Part shown: in pieces, positions 11,340 to 25,260 of the stretch
Layout of the letters: every line of letters begins with the position of its first letter
Position numbering within the stretch: the stretch's first letter is position 1
Source: Callorhinchus milii
Lineage: Eukaryota
Direction of reading: 5' to 3'
Assembly (NCBI RefSeq): GCF_018977255.1
Contig: NW_024704743.1
Location: 70,062,001 to 70,126,000, forward strand
DNA length: 64,000 bases
The notes under the pieces: generated by a model
Seen by the model: the letters and a program-made list of their open reading frames with translations, nothing else
Told to the model about the DNA's origin: nothing
Databases searched by the model: none
Program-made: the position numbers and the translations under genes

Positions 11340-13470
11340 GCTAAGCATTTCCACAAGAAGAGTGACCCTAGTGAGACAGAGGGATCTCACTGATTTCAGT
11401 GGCTCTTGAGGTGGTGCTAAGGGGTTGTCACTGCACGGGTATCGCATATATTGGAGGCCCGTGGTTTGATAAGGAAGGAGCTTCCATTCTTATGAGAAAT
11501 GTGAGGGACAGGTTATAGCTTTGCATGACATGGCAGAACATTGTAAGGCTAAGGGAGCTCCACCTCGGTTGCGTTCAGTGATTTCTTCAAGGCTTTCGAA
11601 CTAGTGTCCCATGAAGTCCTCATGAAGCAATGGGAAAACATGGTCAAATCTTGGAGTTTATCCAATATGTGTACTCCAGCTCCAAGATCTATGTAAGGGT
11701 TGATCGTGGCCTCACTGAGCTCATCTCTCTTTAAAGAGGTGGTTGGGGGTTTGGGGAGGGGGGGGGGGAGATGAAGCAAGACTGCTCATTTTCACCCACC
11801 CTGTTCAATTCATTCATCAATGACGTGTTGGATGGCATCGAGGGGGAAGGACTTGGTGTATCTGTTTCAGGCCTCTCTGACAGGATTGCAGTGCTTCTGT
11901 TTGTGGACGATATTGTACTACTGGCGGATTAGCCTGAGGACCTTATGTGCTGCATTCACTATCGGCCAGCAAGTGGGACATGATGGTGGATACCCCCAAG
12001 TGCGGAATCATGGTTTTCCACGGCTCAAGAGAAGACATTGAGGATATTGACTAGAAGAGACAAGGGCCATCAGTCCCAATTGTTGATTCTTATCAGCACG
12101 TGGGGGTTGTGGTGAACCTCAATTTTTACCTGGACACTGTCCTGAAGGACCAAGCAGAGAAGGGGCGAAGGGCACTCTGGTCATGTTCATCCCTCATCAA
12201 GGACAGCAAGGTTGCAATGCAGGTCAAGCTTGTGGCATCTAAGACCTATGTGCAAACAGTCCTCCTTTATAGTTCTGAGCTCCTGGTGATTCAGCAAAAA
12301 GACTTTCTCTAGCTCACTTCGAAGTCCAGCATCAAACAGTAAGGTGGATTTGTAGCAAACATGTGAAGTGGCAGTAGGGAGGGAGGGCTCTGGCTTACAT
12401 TGACTTGTTGCTAAGCACCCCGCAGAAGGAGTCGTTTTCACAGCCGGCATGTCTATTTGCCAAAATCCCTGACATGAGGACCTGGATTAATCAGCTGGTG
12501 CTAAGTAACCCTCATCCGCAGCATTGGTCTTGGACCTCAATAAGATCAAGGTGGCTGGCACCTCACAAGCTGTAAAGGTCCTCCCACTGCGGAACTGAAG
12601 GCAGATGGGGAACTCTGAGGCTTGGGGCAACAGCTGCTGAAAGGCATTACTTGGAGTCAACAGCAACAACTTGGATTTATATAGCGCTCTCCACACCGGA
12701 CGGCGTCTCAGAGCGCTTCACAGTAATGGATCCCGGGGCCGAGCCAGGGGGAGGGGGAGGAAGGTGACCAAAAGCGCAGTCGAAAAGAAAGGTCTTCAGC
12801 AGAGACCTGAAAATGGGAAGGGAGGGAGCGAGACGAAGGGAGTGAGGAAGGGAGTTCCAGAGCTTCGGGGCATAGTGGCTGATGGCACGGCTGCCGAGGG
12901 TGGAACGGAGGACTCGGGGGACAAGGAGGAAGCCAGACCTGGAGGAACGAAGGCAATGGGTACTGTTTTGAGGAGAGAGGTCAGAGAGGTAGGGGGGTGT
13001 AGAGGAGTGCAGGGACTTGAATACAGGAGTGAGGATCTTGAAATCAAAGATTTCAAGATCTTCGAGTCCCAGTTTCTGAACATGCATTAATTCATCCAGG
13101 GCTTGTAATCATAAGAACACAAGAATTGCTAGACAGAAGCCCAAGGTCCATCCAGCTGGACAAGCAGAGGGAAAGTTTCCCATACAGTGTTCTCAATGGC
13201 AAGCTATGTGGTTTTAGCTGGTTCGACTCCAGCAGTACCCCGAGACACCCCTAGGGTCCCCAAGCCTTGGCTCTTGCCATCCTGCACCTAATAGTCTCCG
13301 GAATTAGATAAACAGGATGCAACATTCCAGGGAGTGAGTGTGCATTCAATTCCAATCAATATCTCGGGAATACACATGTATAGGTGGGCTGCATGGAACT
13401 CTCAGTTTGGTTTAGATGCTCTTTAGCATAGTGATGGATTTCTGAATGCGTCACACACCTGGCTGACCCC
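11340..13470 (+). mobile_element. Degenerate RTE/RTEX-like LINE (RT plus 3' region) with a nested L2
   Basis: Frameshifted RT motifs on +: AFSDFFKAFELVSH (about 11570), CSFSPTLFNSFINDVLD (about 11785), AVLLFVDDIVLLA (about 11890), TYVQTVLLYSSE; clade assignment is inference. Confidence 0.7.
12661..13060 (-). mobile_element. L2 3' fragment nested in an older LINE
   Basis: ORF 12677..13087 with L2 C-terminus (APKLWNSLP...LKTFLF) and (GTT)n tail. Confidence 0.9.
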
Positions 13471-15691
13471 AAAAAAGTTATGAAATTTAAGTTTTTTAAA
13501 TCAAATCAAATCACTTGTTTACTTGTCAGCTGCTGATGTCAAGGCACACATGTTGATTTTAGGGTTCAACAATAATGTCTTTTTCAATTTTGTTCACTTG
13601 TTCTGTAACAATACTGAGCTAGTTACTACCATGTTTCTAAAAAGATGCATATGATACTAATAATTGTTGCCTTGCTGTACACATAAATCATCAAGGTCAC
13701 TTTCTGCTGCTTTGCTCCCTCTATTTCAATTATTCCTTTCAGCATAAATTCTTTCACTGTCAAGGCTAAAATATGTTCATTTCTTTATTAAAGTTTGATC
13801 ATGGGAAATAGATTTGTCTGCAGTATTTTAAGGCATTATTCTTGAATTAACAATAGCTTCAAAGCCAAACACAATCTACCGTCATCAAAGAAAGTACAGA
13901 ACAATTCACATTTTTAGTAAACCCCTTCTAAGTAACTGAAATAAAACATTTTAACTGTGTGGCAACTATTCCAGATAATGTTTTTGATAAACTGCTTTAC
14001 AGAGCAAAAGTGATTAATCAAATTAAATCAGTCTGTGTACGACAAGCACAATAATGACTTCATTCTACTTGTATGGGTTTGTCTTAGAATAATGATTAAG
14101 ATATAAAATCCTATTTAGTGCACATAAATTCATACATTCAAGGCTACTTTTTGAATTTTTTTCAAAGACATAAGATTCATAGTAACTGTGTTTTTCTGGA
14201 TGGGCCTGCTTTAACTTGTCAGGGTATTGATCTCTATGATTACAATTTGAAAACAAAACATTTTTTATTTCTTTGTTTCTCTTCATTAGATGTCCTTGGA
14301 TTATTAACATAAAAAGACGGGTGGGGGAGGAGGGGACGTGATCATTCACCATACCCCAGTAGTTACCAAACCACTCACTAGGAGGTACAAAGTCCACACC
14401 TGGTAATCTCCATTCAAATTATTTTTTCTACGGCTTGTGAAAAACTATCTGATTTGGTCTCCAGTAGAAATTGAATTACTGAACAAAAATGTGACTCTAA
14501 ATAAACACTGTAATTAAGTGAAAGAGGGAGAAGATTAGGAACTCCTTACGTGGGAATCAAGGATGCACAACTATGTCCTACCACTTTAGAGCACAGCAAA
14601 TTTCAGCACCATAGCCCTATGTCACCACACTGGCTTTTTTATATTTATCCATTGTGAGCTTGTGAGAAACCGTCTCACTAAAATATTTCATAAGTTATAG
14701 AATGCACACACCATCAAGGAGAGAAAAACATATTTTGGTCACCTAGGAGTAAGTAGATAATAACAATGGCATTTTTACAGGTACGTTCTTTACATTTATT
14801 GAGTCATCTTATTTATAAAAAAAAGTATTTTGCCTAGGTTATACATTGATTATATTATTGGATTGAACTGATGAACAATATTCGCTGAACTGCCACTACA
14901 TGTGAGAATACGCTTCACACTACTATGAGTCGCTGACTCTAGTAGGCAGCAATCTTTAATAAACAGACACAACTGCCGGCTGACACTACAAAGCATATCT
15001 TATAAACTGCTCAAATGGGTGAAAACATTTTCCATTTTAAAAATAAATTTAGCTTCTGGGTATAATAAAGCAAAATATTGACTTCAGTTTGCTGGCTGAA
15101 ACTGATGAATTATTACCCCGCTCTGAATGCAGATGTGCTTTCAAGTGCACAATAACTCAACACCCTTTTTCTGCTTTTCTCAAGACAGTACATAGCCATT
15201 ATTGAACCTGCTCATCAGGGTGGGGAGTGCACACCACAATTTTTTGTTTCTATAAAAATACTGGTGTCAAATTCTACTGATCTCACTAACAAGTATTGTA
15301 AAATATATTCCGTATATTGCGAATGTTTATATTTATGTTTCTCCATTGTGACAACAAAGTGTGTTGACAGTTAGTGATTTTGTTTTCTCTCTCCTGAAGT
15401 ACGGAATTAAATATAGTAACTAACTCAGCATCTGCTTTGGCCTGTACTTTCTTTTTTCTCAAATACAGTGATGGAACTTTCTGAATCATGAAGTTTGCAT
15501 TTTAATCGACTCCAACTTATTTCATAGGTAATAAATAGCATTTAATTTTGCTTCATTAATCATTCAAATGAGATCTCTGCACAGAAAAATCGTCTCTCAG
15601 GTTTTTTTCTGCATGAGGATCTAGAAACAAAGCATTTCCAAAAGTACATTACTCGTTAACAATAATGTCACCTTAAAGAATGATATATTAC

Positions 15692-15798
15692 CTTTGGATC
15701 TCTGAGGAAGAGTGCTTTGTGGATTAAGGAATGTATATCTCCTACAGAAGGATAATGCATAAGCAATCCAAGGCAGGTCTGATAGTTACTGGCAATCA
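15692..15798 (-). CDS. TBC1D5: TBC1D5 coding exon (107 nt), last exon seen in window
   Basis: cttcctcag|...|gtaata; (L)IASNYQTCLGLLMHYPSVGDIHSLIHKALFLRDPK. Confidence 0.97.
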
Positions 15799-17113
15799 CT
15801 GAGGAAGATAAACACATTATGTATTAGCATTAGGTGCTTTCAAACCTATTGGTGATAAAACATATATAATCCATCATTAACAACGGTGGCAGGAGAAATT
15901 GGCCAACCTTTTGTTCAAGAAAATGGGCTCTTTAAATGATAGGGTTACAAGTACAGTATTAACATGAGATGAATCAGTTCAACAAAAAATAAGATATTAG
16001 CAATTCATTCAATAGTTCAATGCTGTGATGCAAAGATGGTGGGGGGCTGATATTCTGGAGTTTAAAATGGACCTATTTCATTCAAACGTCTCTTGTATTG
16101 TCTTATATTGTCTTTTTCCCAGAATTTCTTGAAGTCTTATAACATGCCTCTCGAGGCGTTCTAAGAGCTCTCTGACAACAGTTCAACAGCCAAGCACTTT
16201 CTTGTATTAAGTCAAACCCACACAGCAATAAATACATTCCAACCTTGTATCTTAGGTGGTGGTGCATTGTAGATCTTGACATTTAACGATTATGAGCAAG
16301 CTGCCCCCCACTCCCCCCTCTCTAAAACCAAGTGATTGAAACAAATAATTATATTCAATGGTGGGAACCACTTCATCATCTTCATTTCCTTTGGTGATCC
16401 GACAGCTTGTAATTTCATACATCTGGTTTCATTTGTGAAGCACTCACTTATCCTGATCACTCTTCCATAATACTTTTGTTCTCTTGTGACCATTTACTCT
16501 ACTTTTTGTGAACGCCATTAAAGCAAAACACACATAGCATTTTAACACTATATGATAGTCTTATCTTACCAGCCCACTGGATAGTACAGAATCTTTAGAA
16601 AATGTAATAAATATGGCTTTTCTTATGAATTTGACATTTTAAATCAATGCTTAATATATGCCAATTTAAGAGATTAGAAATATGTAGTTATTTAATTAAA
16701 CGTTTGGATGCCTTCTAAATACAGGCATCATCTCAAGCTATATCAATTAACCCAGCAATATGGAAATCTTTGTTAAGAATTATGTTTCTTTTTCACCTCA
16801 TTCAATCTCAACAATAGAGGTGGGGTCAGGGGAGGGGATTAATTTTTCTAACGCAAGGGCATCCGAAACATGCAAGTCATTCATGAGCAGTGGGAGTAAT
16901 GGTTTGGTCACAAGGTGGCAGGCTTGTACACACCAATGTACGTGTGGCTTTCTCTTACATTTGGAAATTAGGAACTGTCAGAATGTATTATGCAATAACA
17001 AGTTTTAAATATGTACTTTTGTAAAATATTATGAGTAACTGCTATGAATGTTTAAATAATAAGTGGAGAAAGTTTCAGCACTGAATTACAAAAAGTATTT
17101 GAGCCATACTTAC

Positions 17114-17256
17114 AAACATCTCTTATGTATAACAGCATGGCTACAAAAATGTAGTCGACTAAATCCAAAGTAACACTGTCAGCAAATAAGGTATCCCAGA
17201 TCACCAGCAGGTCCTGAAGAGGAAATTCTCGGCCGAACAAAAGTCTGACCCATCGT
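17114..17256 (-). CDS. TBC1D5: TBC1D5 coding exon (143 nt)
   Basis: cttcttgtag|...|gtaagt; RWVRLLFGREFPLQDLLVIWDTLFADSVTLDLVDYIFVAMLLYIRDV; overlaps ORF-track entry 17052..17240. Confidence 0.97.
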
Positions 17257-17547
17257 CTACAAGAAGAAAAGACAAACTACCAGTTTATTTGCACAGGCTC
17301 AGCTATTGTTACATAATTAAATCAATTCCAGAATGCATAATTCTAAACGTTGAGAAGTTATAAGTCTAATCTAATGTTATGGGTAAAACTAAGGAAGGTT
17401 ATAAAAACATAGATCAATAAACCCCAGTAAAATTCAAGACTCTGTATTGTCTGTGAATATTCTTTAATTTAATACTGAACTATAGTTGGAGGTTTATTTT
17501 GTATTTTTTATAACAAAGCAGAGACTGTAGACAGTGGAACTATGATT

Positions 17548-17826
17548 TAAACCTGCATTCCATCTTGACTCCGACTTAAATTGGAATGTGTGTCCATCTC
17601 GTAGCAATTCATGTGTCTGGAGCTCCACTGACAGAAAGATTGTGATTACTCATCAAATCTTCACCACTGATGTTGTATACCTGTTTAAAAGTGTTGCTAG
17701 TTCCTCGTTGTTGCAAGTGTCTAGAGTTGCAGACTGTTCCTCCAGCAGGAAAAGATATGTACGTGTCACCGACTCACATAATCTCACCCCGAGACAATTT
17801 TGAGTCGGAGGTTGATGTTAAGTTTA
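17548..17826. mobile_element. Putative degenerate MITE
   Basis: catcttgactccgacttaaattg (17561-17583) vs reverse complement of 17795-17817, catcaacctccgactcaaaattg. Confidence 0.45.
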
Positions 17827-19391
17827 TGCATTTCTCTACTGGCGATGCAATTTATTGCGTAAGGGTATTTTCCAATGGCAAGGCACCAGTAATACTGCTA
17901 CTTTTCTGATAAGCACCTTTACAAATCTAATGTCGTGACAAAAAGATAGAATTGTAGAATTTTATACACCTGAGGCCATTCAGCCTTATGTACCTACTCT
18001 CTAAAAGAGCAATCGATTTCCTCCTTTTAGTTTCACTCCTCTGTCCTTTCACGGAATCAGAGATATGTTAGGTGTATAATTTTGACTACATTTATGTGTC
18101 AACAAGCTCACCAATTAAAAATAACATTTCTTCCTTATTTTGATTCCTAAAATGTAACACTTACAATTTTAATATTAATAATTTGGTCACTCAATCCACA
18201 ACATGATTTGGGACACTGCTGTGTACAACTGGAAGCCACATTTTGCTTTACGGTATATCCTATGAAGCGCTTTGAGATGTCTCTATGATGTGATAAGGCA
18301 CTATATCAAATGCAAGGATTATTATTATTAAGATCAATTCACTTTTCTTTTTAAAACTTATTTATGTTCTAGATTATTATAGAACAGAAATTGCATTTGG
18401 AGCATAAGGTTTGGCTGACGTTTCTCTCTATGTGAGCCACGTGTTTATAAATCCCATGTTCCTGTTTACTCCCTATTCCTTCTAATGTTCCTTTTAACAG
18501 AATTTACGGACTCTGTTTCAACATCAAATCTCTGCAGCGACTTGAACCTCCCCCTTGCCACTCTGCAAATAAGAATCCAGTCAAGAGATCTACAAGGTAA
18601 CATCTATGATTGGGCCACATTGATCACCAATCTTCTGCCACAGTGGCCAGATTTGAGCCAAAGCAAACAAAAATTGCTCCTACCTTCCAGAATGGATGGT
18701 GGGAGCTGGATTAAGAAAAAGGAAAGAAACAGATTTTAGTTAAAATAAGTTGTATCAAGTAAAACAAAAGGGGGAAGGTACTGCAGGAAGCATTCCTGAG
18801 ACACTTTATAAACGTGAGAAGTTGTTGTTTGTAGCTGCTGTACTGTTGTATTGATTAGTTCTTCCATATTTATATAACAAACAGATATGTGATGGAAACA
18901 AAACTGAGATTATAGTAGTTAAGCAACATGCTGTATTTTGAGGCATTATGACTTCACCTCCATTGTAACTGTGTTTCATGGGATAAATATACATTGATAG
19001 CAAATATTGAGACTATCTAGTGTTACCTTGAATAAATTCAAACAGTTGTGCATTTTTTCCATTCAATGCATAACCTTATCTTGACAGTGAATTAACTGTC
19101 TTATACAAAGATTCTGAACAAAGAATTGAATTTTGATTTTTGTTCTGACTATAGTTGTGCCATATCTTGAAGACACCTCAATAATCAGGACAATTCTCCA
19201 TTTCGGGCCATATTTTTAGTCTTAATTTTCTATTTGAAACTAAGGGCGACCAGTTTCCCAACTCACTAATGCAGGTACCTCGGTAATAAGAACAAAATCA
19301 GCAATTTGTTGACTGTGTGTAAAAGTGAGTTTGCACTGTACTTCCTTGATAGGGTAGAAGAAATATGCATCTTCATATTATCATTTAATAT

Positions 19392-19660
19392 GGGTAGGGT
19401 GTCCATATTAGCTGGTTAAGCAGCAGAAGGCTTGCCAAAAGGTGCTCTCACAGGAAAGCGATGTGGTTTTAGCTGGTTAAATTCCAGCAGTACCCCAATG
19501 CACACTGCGCCTGACGTCCCTCCAGGGAGAGAGCGTATATTCCATTCCAAACATGGGGACATTTTCAGGTATAGGTGCATACATATATGGAACTCTCAGC
19601 CTGGTTTGATACTCGTAAGTATGGCGATGGGTTCACATTGTGTTTAACACCCGACTGACC
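19392..19660 (+). repeat. Sister 3' fragment of the same LINE family
   Basis: Shares gtggttttagctggtt...ccagcagtacccc...ggaactctcag...ctgacc. Confidence 0.7.
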
Positions 19661-21016
19661 AGAAATACAGTAAATTATCAGGTTAAAGTTAACCTAAAGT
19701 TTTAAAAAATGCAACGTGTCCAATTATTTTTCTATTTGTTTTCTCCTCTTTGGCACATGCCTCTGTTCCTGATCGCTAGACCTCTCTTGCTGGAGTGTGG
19801 TTCCAACTATTTTTTGAGTCAAAATATTATCAAACATATCTCACTATATCATTTTTTTCTCTTAAAGGAAATAATTGTGAATGTATATAGCTGAACAGTT
19901 ACCTTTCAACTTTCACGTGTGTTCACCTGTGTTATATGAAAGAACCTTTCAGAATGGCTTTTGAGTACCAGTAAATTATGGACTAAATTCTGCTTATTTA
20001 ACTACTTTGCATAATGTTAATAAAGTTTTGAAATAGCAAGAAATGCATTCACTAGAATCACTCTCCACCTTTGTGCTCTGTAAAACCCCTGCTGGCAACA
20101 AAGGCTCCAGTGACGGGGAACTAATTTACTAATTAACCGGCGTCTTTGTTGGGAACCATAGCATTTAACTGTGCAGAAGAAAGTGCAAATGCTGTTCTTT
20201 CAAGTCCCTGCTCGCAGAGTATGTAGTGGAGGCAGGCGATGCCTACACTGTTTCTAATTATTCCAATTATCATGGCACACTATGAAAACTTGATTAATAA
20301 CACTGAAGATATTGTTGTGGCAATTAGCCATATGGTTATGGGACTTTATTCTGTCACGATTTGGCCATTAGCATCTACTTATGTTTGTCAGATGTACTGC
20401 ATCCGTGACAAGTTGAAGTTCCGCTCACCTTGTACAATCCCATGTGTACCACACTAGAGAACAGTTTATTCCTCAGAGTTGCTTGCCTGAGTACATTTTT
20501 CATGTAGCATCCGGTCTTACTGGGGACAAATGTCAAACAGCTTCTATGACGACCCATCAAACCAAATGCTCTCTACAATAATACTTTAGTAAATTTGCCT
20601 GTCAAATCAGATGATTGTCACAATTTGACCGCCAAAAATTATCATTAATTTATTTTTAACATTTTACCATTTACATGGTATTCTCAAGGGCTAAACTTGT
20701 TGTAATACTCCAGATGGCACTAAAAATGTATGAGGCACATCGTATTGTAGGCAGCAAGTTTTTTTTCAAGGAATGCTAAAGCTACGGTGTCCTATGCTGC
20801 TTATGCTGCAGTCTGTTAGTGTTGAAGCAGCAAATAAAATACTTTTACTCTTCTGTCCATTCCCCCTTCTTTCTTCCATTTACCAAAATAAATAATCCGT
20901 GCATTTGGTTTAGCGCCTTTCATGCTGGTAAAATGTCTAAAAGCGATTCACAAGGTTCATTGTAAAGCGTAGTGACTGTTGCATCTACAGGCAAACACAG
21001 CAGCCAAATTGTGTAC

Positions 21017-21235
21017 AATTTTCTCTATCTGTGACCAGGGCTCCCTCTGCCTTCTCCTCCTCCTGGATCTCTCTGCCACATTCGACACAGTTGACCACGC
21101 CATCCTCCTCCACCGCCTCTCCTCCCTCATCCACTTTACTGGGACCGCACTTGCATGGTTTGAGTCCTACTTAACCAACCGCTTCCATTTCATCTCAGCA
21201 AATGGTTTCTCCTCCCGCACCCTCCGCCTCATCAT
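21017..21235 (+). mobile_element. L2 RT fragment joined to a reverse SINE 3' fragment (about 20890-21015)
   Basis: LLDLSATFDTVDH...WFESYLTNR. Confidence 0.85.
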
Positions 21236-22909
21236 CGAAAAATAGCTTGCAATTAACCAATATAAAAAGTACTAATTGCCTATATAACAATATTCACTTT
21301 GTTTCTATTCAATTATAAACAAACACTTTGAAACATTTATTGTTTTACATGAGAGAGATTATATATATAAAGTTATTATTATAATAAATGCAGTTACTTC
21401 ACTAACCATTTAGTGAAACATGAATACAAGAACTGCCATAAATGATCTCTGACTTGTGTTGTTTCAGTACATAAACTACATGGTGTAGCACATAGCCATA
21501 ATGACAAGAAAATCAACTTGTGCTCTGAACAGAGCTCACTAACTTCAGTGTGAATACCTGTTGTGAGGAAGAAGAGAGTAAAGGAAAGAGAGCGTTGAAA
21601 AATAAAAAATAAAAAAGAAATGTTAAGCTTTTTTTGATGAACCCTTAAAAGAAACTGAAAATAACTTGAATTTTAATGCTCTAATACTGTACTGATGATC
21701 CAAAAAGTCATTTCAAAGAATGTCTGCAGTCAGGTAACATTTGACTAACGTTTGCAAAGCCATACAGACTCTTATTGATAAGAATCTTTTATATTATTAA
21801 AACCTTTTTACACATTTTACTTCAATTAGACATTACACAGAATTTTGTATTCAGAACACCAGATGGAATTTGTACTTCAAATTCTTTCTATCAAAACAGT
21901 AAATAAAAAGGAACATATGCATTCCACCAGAACAAATTATATAATAAAATAGAATGTCTGTGCACTTCCTCTCATAGACACAGTGAGCACTTGTCCTTGT
22001 GAGGCAGGTGTACTATAATATTTGGATATTTACTCAGCTTAATACAGTGAATGCCATACTCAGTTTCTTTAAGCAACGTCAAAGTAGACTTCCAAATTTT
22101 CACAAAACACACATCTCTGATTATGTTTATTAATTATATCTAACCTTGTTTAGAACTGTTGTAGCCAACTACTTTTAAGCATCTATAAAGATCAAAAAAA
22201 AAGAGCATTCCTCTGGTGAATTACTGCAGTAACTACTCTTTTCCTGTTGGAGGAACCTCATACCCACAAGTACAGCTTTGAAGGAAACAAAGGAAACTAA
22301 ATTTATTCTTACAATTTGATTATAAAGTACGTTAGATTTGCAGCATTGATTCTTTTATGTTATGGTAGAATTGTACAATAAATCTTCCTATTGTTCTGTG
22401 TTTATAGTGGTCATTTGTTTAGTATTATCCAAATTATATATAAAGTGATCAAAAAGTAGATTCACTTAAGTAACTTTTTCCTAGATCAACCTCTGCAAGG
22501 CAGAACAATGCACCTTAAATTACCAAGCTTGACTGTTGTGATATCAGTGCCATTTTGTGAATAGATGCTAATGTTTTTCAAAATAAATGTCATCCCATAT
22601 ACTGTATGTGCAACACTATGTGGACTTTGCATCACTGAATGCCTGATGCACCATGTCTAAAATGGGAAAAAAAACTATCCATTTCATATAAAGATTTACT
22701 TTATTGAGAAACCTAGATAAAGGGCTGGATCCCTAAATACAGGTCATCACTATGGTTGAGCAGAGGAGAGACGGCAAGATACATCAGGACCGAAGACTTA
22801 TGTTTGCCCATGAAACACACCCACAGTAATCACACTTTATAGAATATCCCATGAAGCGTTTTGGGGCGTGAAAGGCGCCTAATCAAATGTTAGGCTAATT
22901 ATTATCTAA

Positions 22910-25260
22910 AACAACAACTTGCACTTATATAGTGCCTTCCATGTAGGGTGGCATCTCAGAGCGCCTAACAGTGGCAGCACCTGACTCCGATGCGGGGGAA
23001 GAAGGGAGGTGGCTGTAAGCACGGTCGAACAGGAAAGTTTTCAGGTGGGACTTGAAAGAGGGGAGAGAGGGAGCAAGGAGGGATTGAGGAAGAGTGGTCC
23101 AGAATTTTGGGGCATAGTGGCTGAAAGCACGACCTGCGATGGTGGGGTGGAGGATGCGAGGGACGAGCAGGAGGCCAGTGCCAGTCGAGCGAAGCTGCCG
23201 GATGGTGGATAGGGGAGTGAGGAGGTCGGAGAGGTAGGGAGGTGCCAGAGAGTGATCAGTATGCGGGCAGCAGAGTTTTGAATGAGCTCGATTTATTGAA
23301 TGGTGGAGCTGGGGAGACTGGTGCAGTGTGTTGGAGTAATCCAAGCGGGAGGTGACAAAAGCATGCATGAGGGTTTTGGCTGAATTTGTGGTAAGGTACG
23401 GTCGGAGGTGGGCAATGTGGCAGAGGTGGAAAAAAGCTGTCCTGGTCAAGTACCGGATGTAGGAGAGGAAGTTGGGGATCTCAGATGATCGGGCGGGGGC
23501 GGGAAGAGAAACCATTTGCTGTGATGAAATGGAGGCGGTTGGTTATGTAGGACTCGAGCCATGTGAGTGCCGTCCCACTAAGGTAGGTGAGGGGGGAGAG
23601 CCGATGGAGGAGGATGGCGTGGTCAACTGTGTCGAACGCGGCAGAGAGTTCCAGGAGGACGAGGAGGCAAGAGGGAGCCCTGGTCACAGATGATGAGGAA
23701 ATTGTTTGTGAGTTTGACAAGCACTGTCTCTGTGCTGTGGGCAGGGCGAAAAACAGACTGAAGGGCTCAAGAAGGGAGAGATGTGACCAAAGTTGACCTA
23801 CAAGAATGCGTTTCAGGACTTTGGCACGGAAGGGCAGGTTGGAAATGGGACAGTAGTGTGAGAGATTACAGGGATTGAGGGTGGATTTTTTGAGGAGGGA
23901 TGGAAAGGGACATGGGGGGAGGACGATGCAGCCAAGCGGATGTTTTCAATCTTTGAGGCGAAGAAGTCTAGTACCTCTTTGCACTTGGTGTTTGACGAGA
24001 GAATAGAGGGGGCTTGAGGGGTTGCACAGAGCTGATGGATGGTGGAAGTCCAAGGAAGAGAAGGCATTTGTGAGGGACTCAGGGGGAAGCTCTTTCCAGG
24101 GGCAGAAAAAAATTGTGGAGGGCTTGGAAGAGGATGTCTGAGGAAAGGGAGATGAGGAAGTGGTCCAAGATGGCTTTGTCCGTGATGGACAGGTCGGAAA
24201 TGTCAAGGCCATGTGTGATGATGAGGTCGAGGGTGTGGCCACCGTTGTGGGTCAGCAAGTTGCTGTGGAGGGTGAGGTTTAGGGAGGAGAGGAGGGCAGT
24301 GAAATCCGAGGAGGTGGTTCAAGGGGCGTTTAGGTGGAGGTTGAAATCATCAATTATGAGCAGGTGTTCAGTTTCCGAGTGATAGGGATGAGAGGAAAGA
24401 GGAGATATCAGTGAGGAAGGAGTCAAGAGGTTTGGGGGGGCAGTAAATCAGGAAGATTTTGAGGGAGACAGAGGAGGGATGGTATAGGGTGAGGTGCTCA
24501 AAGGAGAAGAAACTGCCAGAGGAATAGGGGGATAGACCACGGGAAGCTTGGGAGATGATGGACACCCCACCGCCACGTTTGTTGGGGTGGGGGATGTGAT
24601 GAAAGGTGTAGCCAGGAGGGGAGGCTTCCAACGAAGGGTTAGTCACCAGGGGAGAACCAGGTTTCTGTCAGCCCAAGAATATCAATGTGCTCATCCAGGA
24701 TGAGGTCATGGATAGGAAGGGCTTTGATGGAGAGGGAGCGGACATTTTGGAGGGAAATAAGGATAGGTTTGCTGATGTGGCAGTGATGGGGAGAGTGGTA
24801 TAGACAGGATTTGAGGTTGTGGGGGAGAAGTAACCATGGATTTTGAGGAGCAAGCAGCATTGGGAAGGGTATGGATGAGGGAGGGAGGAGTGGTGTTTGC
24901 CTTTCAGAGGCGGTTGCTGCGGAGAGAGCGATGGGACAGTTGGGATGGCTGCTCTGGGACAACCAACGGTGGGAGCCACAATGGGCCTGGCAGAGGATGC
25001 CCAGGCTGGAGCAGAGGGAGGTAATGGTGGGGTCCAGGAGAGAGAGAAGGCGAGGAGGGCGATGGGAGAGAAGGACAGTTGCAGAATGTGGGGGGTTGGA
25101 CAGGAACATTTTCGGGGGGGGAGCGGGGTTGGGTCAGTGCCACAGCCAAAACGCGCACGCAGAGACTGGACAGCCTGTGGGCTACGGGAGACAGCACATG
25201 GGGTGGTGGGGGGTGAGAGTGGAGATAGCTGTCAAGGCTTAGGTGCCAGAGACCAGGAGG
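22910..25260 (-). mobile_element. L2 (LINE2) non-LTR retrotransposon, degenerate and internally deleted
   Basis: APE endonuclease motifs (NVRSL, LTETW, RGGGV, IYCPP, THNGGHTLDL), RT motif LSAAFDTVDH, L2 C-terminus (SRLDYSN, FKSHLKTFLF) and a (GTT)n tail at 22910. Confidence 0.9.

Noticed and set aside
14270..14310. Minus-strand NNPR peptide resembling the next TBC1D5 exon
   Set aside because: No acceptor AG and the following residues do not match; the next exon probably lies below coordinate 1
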